Part shown: piece by piece, positions 30,738 through 38,725 of the stretch
Numbering within the stretch: position 1 is the stretch's first letter
How the letters are laid out: the number at the start of each line of letters is the position of its first letter
Source of the DNA: Candidatus Heimdallarchaeota archaeon
GTDB lineage: Archaea; Asgardarchaeota; Heimdallarchaeia; JABLTI01
Length of the DNA stretch: 43,594 nucleotides
Assembly (NCBI GenBank): GCA_019058275.1
Contig: JAHLVW010000110.1
Coordinates: 1 to 43,594, forward strand
Direction of reading: 5' to 3'
The notes under the pieces: model-generated
Told to the model about the DNA's origin: nothing
Seen by the model: only the letters and a program-made list of their open reading frames with translations
Database searches by the model: none
Made by a program: the position numbers and the translations under genes

Positions 30738-30915
30738 ATCTGTCATCAGACAGCAGAACAAGGAAAGTATACCAAATTAGTAGAGCAATTCCTAGAATCT
30801 GTAGAGTCTAAAAACACATGCTTGATGGACGATCTTTGATGATGGTTCAGTTCAAACAGGAACCAAGCAACAACTAGATTTCGTAGTCGAAGATGAGAAT
30901 GCTTCAACAGAATAA
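30738..30915 (+). repeat. diverged, frameshifted duplicate of the helicase 3' end (~29196-29372)
   Basis: Translates to ICHQTAEQGKYTKLVEQFLESV...WTIFDDGSVQ...DFVVEDE, versus helicase IYHQTAEQEKYTKLVEQFLESV...WTIYDDGSVE...EFVVEEQ. Confidence 0.9.
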
Positions 30916-30927
30916 GTGCAAAAAAAA

Positions 30928-31765
30928 TTAAATTTTAATTTCTCGTTTCTTGATATAATCTTTGAAATTATTTGCTTCAACAATTAAGGATTCTAATCCA
31001 GTGTCTATCATATCCTCTAGTAAATTAGCCAAACCAGAAACTAATTTGCTGTCGTGTGTAAAATCTTCTTGTTTAATAGCATTAAATTGTTTTTGTATCA
31101 GATCAGCAATTCATACAAATAATTCTGGTGTTGATTTGATTCTTTCTTCACCAGCATTATAGATTGATTGGAGTAGATGTAGCCATCTAGAGTAAGCTTC
31201 TTCATCATTGAATAAAACAAATTTAATGTAAGCATACTGCATCTTTTGAAGAAATTTCTGATCAATGCTTGAATGAGTGTCATAAAATGCCTGTTCAAAT
31301 CTAGACTTAAATATTTAGATACCAATTTTCCAAATCTGTAGAAGACAAATCTTCTGGTGGCGTCATAGGTTCTTCATAGTGTATTGTATATGGATAATCT
31401 GCTTCTATTAGATAAGAAGTCAGCTCTTTCCAAAACTTAGCTCTACTATAATCTCGTTGCTTGACTGATATAAGATCATGATCCATTGCACCACTTGTTG
31501 CCATTGCCTTATATCGTTGTTCTTCTTCTGAATTGCAATCGTTGAATTGTTTGCTCTCGTAATCATAGATTTTTACAATAGCATCATTTGGTTTTACAAA
31601 ACACTAAAAACCTTCACTCATATTGTCACCATCATTTACGCTGACATAATGAATGCCTGGTTCAACTTCAGCATACCCTCGAAAGCCACCCTTGATTTCA
31701 AATATTGAGAAATCCAATTGGGCTTCTTCTTTTGGAATATCTCTTAATATAATATAACCAAACAT
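30928..31765 (-). pseudogene. AAR2-like protein (homolog of the eukaryotic U5 snRNP assembly factor), disrupted by TAG, frameshift and TGA
   Basis: GGAGGT RBS then ATG 31765. Reconstruction: MFGYIILRDIP...GFRGYAEVEPGIHYV...GF*CFVKPNDAIVKIYD...FWKELTSYL...FLQKMQYAYIKFVL...AYSRWLHLL...PELFV*IADLIQKQF. Lesions at 31604-06, ~31309 and 31111-13. Confidence 0.7.
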
Positions 31766-31851
31766 GATGATTACCTCCTTAGATTTTTTGGTCTAAGGTT
31801 GTAAATCAGTAAAATTAGGTTGAATTTATATAAAAGAATGCTATAGCAATA

Positions 31852-32037
31852 ATGGTGTTAATAAAAATGAAATGTAAAGTAATAAGGGTAACTCTGAATG
31901 TTAGTCTTTCCAACTATTCACTCCTTGAAGATACAATTAATATCTGGTTGAAAAATAACCCAAATGTGAAAATCCACCGTGTAAGTCAAGCTGGTTTAGG
32001 TTCTAAAACAGTTATTACAACAATTTTTTATGAATAG
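31852..32037 (+). CDS. small hypothetical protein (Cse60-like pattern)
   Basis: LEDTINIWLKNNPNVKI...TIFYE; TTTATATA box upstream; start may be ATG 31867. Confidence 0.55.
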   Translation: MVLIKMKCKVIRVTLNVSLSNYSLLEDTINIWLKNNPNVKIHRVSQAGLGSKTVITTIFYE

Positions 32038-32227
32038 ATTGTCTACGATGTTGGTTTTGAACAAATGATATCTATCTAATCTATTTGAGGAATTTAGAAA
32101 CAAAGTGATTTATTGCTTGTTATTGCATTTCGTTTTTTGTAAAGAGTATCAACTTCACTAAAATAGAAAAATATAATACTCATAGAGCTACGAATCAGAT
32201 AACTCTAACTCAAAGGATGAAAAAATA

Positions 32228-33520
32228 ATGTTTGATAAAGAATTAGTTAAAAACATTAGGGCAGCGTTCCCTCGAGCTGTAAAAGATTTTAATGGAAGGG
32301 AGCGAGCTTTTTTTGATAATGGAACAGGAACACTTGTCTTAGAAAGTGCTGCTCAAGCAGAAGCTAAAGCACGAATCGATTGTAGTGCTAATGTAGGTGG
32401 TATTTTCGATGAATCCAAGAGCGCAGAGGAAACTATCGAAACAGGAAGACAAGTAGTGGCAGATTATCTTAATGCTCCCTCACTCAATACTATTGTCTCT
32501 GGAGAATCAGCAACAACATTATTCTTTACTGTTAGCTATGCATTAGGAAAAGAATTCAAGGGAACTGAAAATGTTGTTACTACTGAACTCGAACATTACG
32601 CAAATGTGAGTCCATGGAATGAGTTGGTTAGACAAGGGAAAATCAAAGAAGTACGATTTGCACGTATGAATAAAGAAGATGGTACTCTCGATTTAGAACA
32701 TATGAAGGAATTAATAGACTCTAACACAAAGGTAGTATCTGTTACTTCTGCATCAAATATGACTGGAACGAAAATTCCACTTGAACCTGTATGCAAAATA
32801 GCTCGAGAAGCACAAGCATACTTTCTAGTAGATGCTGTTCACCATGTTCCCCATGAACCAATTGATGTTCAAGCAATAGACTGTGACTTTCTTGTTTTCT
32901 CTGGATACAAACTTTTTGGATCGCATGGGAGCTTTATGTATAGCAATGTGGATTATCTCGAGAGCTTAAAACCATATAAGGTGAAACCTTCAAAGAATTA
33001 TGGACCCGCTAAATGGGAATCGGGTACTAGGAATCAAGCAATGTTTGCATCAATTAAAGGAGTTATGGATCATTTCCTTTGGTTATCTGAACAGGTACAG
33101 TCCCAGTATGATGGGGAATTCAAGGAATATGCAGAAAATAAAAGAGCCTTAAAAATTGCAATGGATGCTATCCAGCAAAATGAAAAAGGACTATCTAAAA
33201 CTGTCTTAAAAGGATTTGATGATATCCCAGGTCTTCTAAATATCCTGAATGTGAAAGTCTATGGTATAATAGATACAAATCGTTTAAATGAGAGAGATCC
33301 GACGTTTGCATTCTCAGTAGATAACACACCTCATGAAGAAGTAGTTAAACGCTTATGGGAAGAAGGTGGAATAGCTGCTCGTGCTGGGAATTTCTACTCA
33401 TATGCACAAGAAGTCTATAACCAACTAAACGTTATTCGAATCAGTTTAGTACATTACAATACAATAGAAGAAGTACGAATTTTCCTTAAAACCTTAAATG
33501 CAATTTGCAGTAAGTTGTAA
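32228..33520 (+). CDS. class-V PLP aminotransferase / cysteine desulfurase-like protein
   Basis: FFDNGTG, LEHYANVSPW, ASNMTG, VDAVH, FSGYKLFG (PLP Lys), RISLVHYNT. ARAGNFY replaces the RxGHHC catalytic Cys motif. Confidence 0.88.
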   Translation: MFDKELVKNIRAAFPRAVKDFNGRERAFFDNGTGTLVLESAAQAEAKARIDCSANVGGIFDESKSAEETIETGRQVVADYLNAPSLNTIVSGESATTLFFTVSYALGKEFKGTENVVTTELEHYANVSPWNELVRQGKIKEVRFARMNKEDGTLDLEHMKELIDSNTKVVSVTSASNMTGTKIPLEPVCKIAREAQAYFLVDAVHHVPHEPIDVQAIDCDFLVFSGYKLFGSHGSFMYSNVDYLESLKPYKVKPSKNYGPAKWESGTRNQAMFASIKGVMDHFLWLSEQVQSQYDGEFKEYAENKRALKIAMDAIQQNEKGLSKTVLKGFDDIPGLLNILNVKVYGIIDTNRLNERDPTFAFSVDNTPHEEVVKRLWEEGGIAARAGNFYSYAQEVYNQLNVIRISLVHYNTIEEVRIFLKTLNAICSKL

Positions 33521-33540
33521 AAAAAGTAGGATTTAAAAAT

Positions 33541-33571
33541 TGGTGTGCGAGGCAGGATTTGAACCAGTGAT
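33541..33571 (-). repeat. att-like copy of the tRNA-Val 3' end
   Basis: TGGTGTGCGAGGCAGGATTTGAACCAGTGAT versus 43405-43435: 2 mismatches in 31 bp. Confidence 0.88.
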
Positions 33572-33781
33572 TAATTCTAAAACTATAAAAAGAATAGTAA
33601 ATGTAAAGTTTCTAATAGATCCCTATCTTTAGATTTATTTATTAAACCTTATACTAGGATAAATGGAAAAAGCTAGAAACTAATTCAAACATTTATTATC
33701 AATTGATTTTTCGATGTTTTGAAGAATATCTATCAAAATAGGAAAAGAAAAATGCTTATGAAGAAAAATACAAATAAGCAT

Positions 33782-34531
33782 TTACATTTTCTCAAAAAAA
33801 CCTACTTTCTTTAGTTTTTTATAGCAATCTTTTATTTGCTCTTCTGGAAATGATCCATCCCAATTTGAGAAATACTTGTCCAAAAATCCTTTATAACCTT
33901 CTTTCTGAATATCTTCTTTAGTTAATGATGAGAAATGATTTTCCTCTTTGTCGTATTCATCAATAATTTCCTCAATCTCTTTTGAAGACAACCTTTGGTA
34001 TTTATTGTAATGGATAACTCCTTTCCGAACACGTCCCTTAAAATGCTCAGGTTCCTCTTTTGCATAACCAAGACAAATTGAAATTAGAGGAAAACAATAC
34101 TTGTCTGGAAGATTAAGAATCTTGTAGACTTTCTCTAATTCCATCCGGAATAACTTTGATGTTGCCAGGGAATCTATTCCCAGTGATTTTGCTGCTATAA
34201 TCGCTGTTTGAGAAGCCATTATAGCGTCAATATTCCCAAGAAAAAATCCTCTAATATCACCTACTTGAATGGAATGATTAAGATGATTTGCACAATCAAT
34301 CCAACGATTAAAATCAACACAAAAAACCAATGCTTTATTTGCTTTGAAAAAATATTCATCTAATAACTTTCTATCATCGACAACAACTACTGAATATACT
34401 TGTCTTCCTCCAGAATTTGCTGTTCGTAAAGTCGTTTCAAGTATTTCTTCTAATTTTTTTCCTTCGATTTCCATATCTGAGAATTTTCTTATTGATCTCA
34501 TACTATGTAAAGTTTCCATTGTTTTGTTCAT
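33782..34531 (-). CDS. nitroreductase family protein
   Basis: MRSIRKF, QVYSVVVV, AAKSLGI, ISICLGY. Confidence 0.88.
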   Translation of the reverse strand: MNKTMETLHSMRSIRKFSDMEIEGKKLEEILETTLRTANSGGRQVYSVVVVDDRKLLDEYFFKANKALVFCVDFNRWIDCANHLNHSIQVGDIRGFFLGNIDAIMASQTAIIAAKSLGIDSLATSKLFRMELEKVYKILNLPDKYCFPLISICLGYAKEEPEHFKGRVRKGVIHYNKYQRLSSKEIEEIIDEYDKEENHFSSLTKEDIQKEGYKGFLDKYFSNWDGSFPEEQIKDCYKKLKKVGFFEKM

Positions 34532-34656
34532 TCTCTTTCGCCAATACTAAATCTGATAAATTAGTACTATATAGAACTAATTTAAACTTTTCAATAAATC
34601 CGTATTAATTATTATTGAATCAAAAATAACCTTCTCTTTTTTGCAATAACTTGGGA

Positions 34657-34908
34657 CTATATTGCTAATGTTTAATCTTTTTATAACATATATGTATCTT
34701 TAACAGTCTTTAAATTTCTTCGAAATTACATTACACACCTTTAGTAGATTCAGTAAAAAGCTATAGCTAAATAGATTTCTATCTTAGAAAGTTATGAAGA
34801 TTAATAATTGGTGTGTGAGGCCGGATTTGAACTAACGATATTCAGCTATTTCGGTAATGAAGGTAAACCTCAAACAAATGTAAGGCTAACATCATACCAA
34901 GCTATAAC
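34657..34908 (+). repeat. ~250-bp imperfect direct repeat of 43252-43500
   Basis: CTATATTGCTAA...TCTTTTTATAACATATATGTATCTTTAACAGTCTTT...CACCTTTAGTAGATTCAGTAAAA... followed by the tRNA sequence in both copies. Confidence 0.92.
34809..34908 (-). pseudogene. decayed intron-containing tRNA-Val (anticodon reads TAC)
   Basis: Both exons align with 43405-43500, mostly with GC-to-AT transitions; the 5' acceptor strand is lost; the intron sequence differs. Confidence 0.75.
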
Positions 34909-35124
34909 TTTCTAATATTCTTTCTAAATCTATTATTTTTAATTACATAAAAATTAAGTTATAATTGCTATATTAAAGCTTTTAAAAAGAATTTTTATTA
35001 TAAAAAAAAGAAAAGGGAAATTCATTAAAAAATTATTTCCCTTTCATACCCTTACTTGAGAGTGTGACCAGTCCCAACTTAGACCATCAATAAATACATT
35101 ATAAACACATCTATGGTAAAATCC

Positions 35125-35577
35125 TCATGTAGGTCTGCAATAAGTTTGTATGAATAAATCGACATCAAGGCCACCATAGCTAACTCCACCAGGTACTGGT
35201 CCATAGGCAGACCATTTATGGCAGGTATCACCATCATCATATACTCGATAATTTTCAGAATATACTGTATGATCAGCGATTTTTAGTATTATATAGTCAT
35301 TGAGGTATGTTTTGTATATTTTATAGTTGGAAAAGTCAATTTCAAATTCCCATTTTTGATATGTATAACAATCTTCGCTTGGAAAATATGTGTACCAAAT
35401 CTTTATTGTTATGTCCAAACTTTCATATTTGCTTGGCCACCATTCAGATTCAATCTCTACTTGATATGTTGTTGTAGGTGGTGGTATTGAATATACAGGT
35501 TGTAATCCTACGATAATAATTATCGATAAGATAATAGTCATTAGAGATAAAAATATGCTAAAATGTTTCCTTTTCAA
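35125..35577 (-). CDS. small secreted aromatic/beta-rich protein (frame continues past TGA to 35044)
   Basis: Basic plus hydrophobic signal peptide (MKRKHFSIFLSLMTIILSIIIIVG), PPPTTT linker, GGAGG RBS. Confidence 0.65.
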   Translation of the reverse strand: MKRKHFSIFLSLMTIILSIIIIVGLQPVYSIPPPTTTYQVEIESEWWPSKYESLDITIKIWYTYFPSEDCYTYQKWEFEIDFSNYKIYKTYLNDYIILKIADHTVYSENYRVYDDGDTCHKWSAYGPVPGGVSYGGLDVDLFIQTYCRPT

Positions 35578-35784
35578 ACATTTCCCTCCAATTTTTTTCT
35601 AATATTTTTGTTATTCTTAATTCTGTAATAACAAAAATATATGTTAAAAGGATTTAAATTTTTTATAAAAATATTTTGATTTTTTATCAGCACATTTTTT
35701 ATCATATATAGGTATGAAATTTTTCAGATAATAAGAAAAATTTAATACCATTTTATTCTTATTAATATATTGGAATAGGGAACA

Positions 35785-38686
35785 ATGAATTTCTCAAAAG
35801 ATGATGAAAACAATGTAAATTACTATAGACCCAATTATAAGAAACTAATTAGTATTATTATTAAATCAAGGAAAAAAAGTATAATTGTTTCATGTTTTTT
35901 CAATATGATTATCTTTCTTCTTATAACTTCATTATTTATAATTTGGATTTCATATCGAGAAAATTATTTCAATAATTATCTTTCAGAAATTGATTGGTAT
36001 GATGATAACAACACCTCTTCATTTATTTCAGAGATTAACTTTTTCTTCAAATTCAACTTCACATTACTTTGAGGATATTTTTTATAATGTTGAAAAAGTT
36101 ATTAATGAAATCATTCCGAATGTAACAATTCACAAAACTGGAAGAATTACCACATTAGTAAGAGGGAATGATTTATCATATTATGCTTTACAGACATATG
36201 ATCTAAACACTTGCTCAATTTTAGAACAATCATTAGTTAAGGGCAATCTACCACAAAATCATACTGAAATCTTAGTTTATAATCAAGAATATAATTTAGT
36301 TGATTACGAAGTGGGTCAAAGTATTAGCTTTATACCTGATTCGTTTAAAACAAATTATACTGACACAGTTTATAATAATTTTACTATTTCAGGTATTCTT
36401 GAAAATTTTGATAGTACCCTACATCTCTTAGGTTATTCTAATGACTTTAATTGGGAAGGTTACCCATTAGAAGATGAACAATACGATATGGGAAGCTCCC
36501 CTATTTCTTGTATATTTATTACTTCCCAAGAGAATTTTGTTAGAATAATTAATAATTTCACAGATTTCTCATCGTTATTTATAGTTAATATTGATTTCTT
36601 ATATGATTATTCAATGATTGATTTTAACAATGTTTCTTATTACTTGCAAAAATATCAAGGACTATTTGATGAAGGAACTACTATCTCAAATAATATTCAA
36701 GTTAAATTAGGTGCTGATTTTATAAACGTGATAATAAATTATCAGACTTCTTGGATAATAGAGACAATAAAAGTCGTTTCTGTTAACTTTTCAATTTTGT
36801 TGATTCTAATTTTAATTTCTTATGAAATACTAAACTATAATTCAAAAAAATTGTCTTTAATATTTCAGCTGATAAAATCATACGGACTTGATTTGTCTAC
36901 TGCAAGACGTGTAATTTTTGCTGAATCAGGTCTGGTATTAAGTGCTAGTTTAGTCACTGGTTTTACTGTAGGCTTACTAATCAGCTATCCAATACTCTAC
37001 TTGTTAAACCATACTTTAAAATTAAAAATTGTATTTCAAGTTTTGAAAAATCCATTTTTTATAAGTCTAACAATTGTTTTTATAGCCATTATTTTCTTGC
37101 TAGATTATTACTATAAAATTTCTGTTGCTAAAAAAGTTGAGAGTACAATTCCCTTACAGTTTAAACTAAAACGCGCAAATAAATTTAAAAGATTTTTTTC
37201 AAAATTCTGGATTTTATCACTCTTTCTCGGTACAATTTTGCTTCCTGCTGGTTTAATTAGTTCCATTTTCTTAAGTGATTATTTAGCCTGGAGTGAAAAT
37301 GCAAATCTAAGAATTGAATCTTTTTTAGCTTTATCAATTGCCATTTTAATATTTGGAATATTCTTCATTCTATATGCTTTCTTTTACAATTTCTCAAAAC
37401 TCATAGCCAAGATTTATACATCAGTAGGAGAGAAATTTTGGTTAAAGAAAAAAAATTTTATAACATTAGTTATGAAGAATATATCCTTCTCGAAAAAAAA
37501 CATCCAACAGATATTGTTTGGTGTTTTTATCGTATCCATAAATATTATACCAAGTTTTGTGATAAAACCTTCAATACAAAATCATTTAGATTTAAATGCA
37601 ACTATAGCAACTGGATTTTCAGATTTGGAAATAAATAGTTGGAATTCAAATCAAACACTAAAACAAGAAATTAGTGACATTAATGGGGTAAATTTTACAG
37701 CTGAGATTATTAATGTTAAATTATATACCGAAACAGGTTATAGTACTTTAGATTTTAATCAATACTTGATAAATATATTAGTGATTAATGTTTCTAATTT
37801 TGCAAAACTTATTAAATTCAATCCATACAAAAACGAGAAAGCATTAGAATATGATAAAATTCAATCATTAGAACAAAATATGTCCTATATGACAAATAGT
37901 AATTTTGCTAAAAAATTCGCCTTTAATAAAGGGAATATCTTGAATAGCTGGGATTTTATTAATACTCCTAGAAATTATCAAATGGTATATATTGACAACT
38001 TTGATTATTTTCCAGCTATGGCTGTTTTTGAAAAGGATTTACTTTTCAAATTGTATTATCCTGAAACTGATACATTCCAAATGGTCCTAAATTATAACTC
38101 ATATTGGACTTTAATAAATAATTCACAAGATTTTGAATTTATCTCGATTCAATCAAAATTACTAATTAAAACTGATAAAGGAATAAATAATACAATAATA
38201 AAAGAATATCTTTTGAAAAATTACAATATCAACGCTTTTACTTTGGATGAAATAAAAGAATCAATGAATAAAGAAACTTCTGAGTTTATTTTTGGTTTAT
38301 TTAAATTTCAATCTATTCTGTATGTTTTTACTTTTGTTCTTGTAGGGTATTTTGCTAGTTGTAACACTTTTCTACAAAGAACTAGAAACATTGAAAATGC
38401 ACTTCGTATCGGAGCTTCTCGCAAACAAATTTTCTTAGAATATACACTTGAATTTATATTTCTAGTATTTATCCAAGTTCTAATTTCAATACTATTAGGT
38501 ATATTACTCCTAAGATTATATGTTGCTTTGTTAAATATCAATCAAAACTTCGTATTATATAAACCTCGCTTACCTTGGTGGTTTTATATTTTTTCGTTTT
38601 TATTAGGATCTATTTCATTGATGATTGGCTGGTTTGTAGGTTCATCATTAAAATTTCGCCAATATCAGCAAACAAGAAATATGTAG
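35785..38686 (+). pseudogene. FtsX/MacB-like ABC permease 1, +1 frameshift in the T run near 36040-36044
   Basis: 35785..36072 supplies the N-terminal TM and 35990..38686 the remainder (LVKGNLPQNHTEI, LRIGASRKQI). The joined product is collinear with 38726..41602. Confidence 0.8.
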
Positions 38687-38725
38687 AATATTATCTTAAT
38701 CTTAAAGACGAAGGATGAAAAAGTA

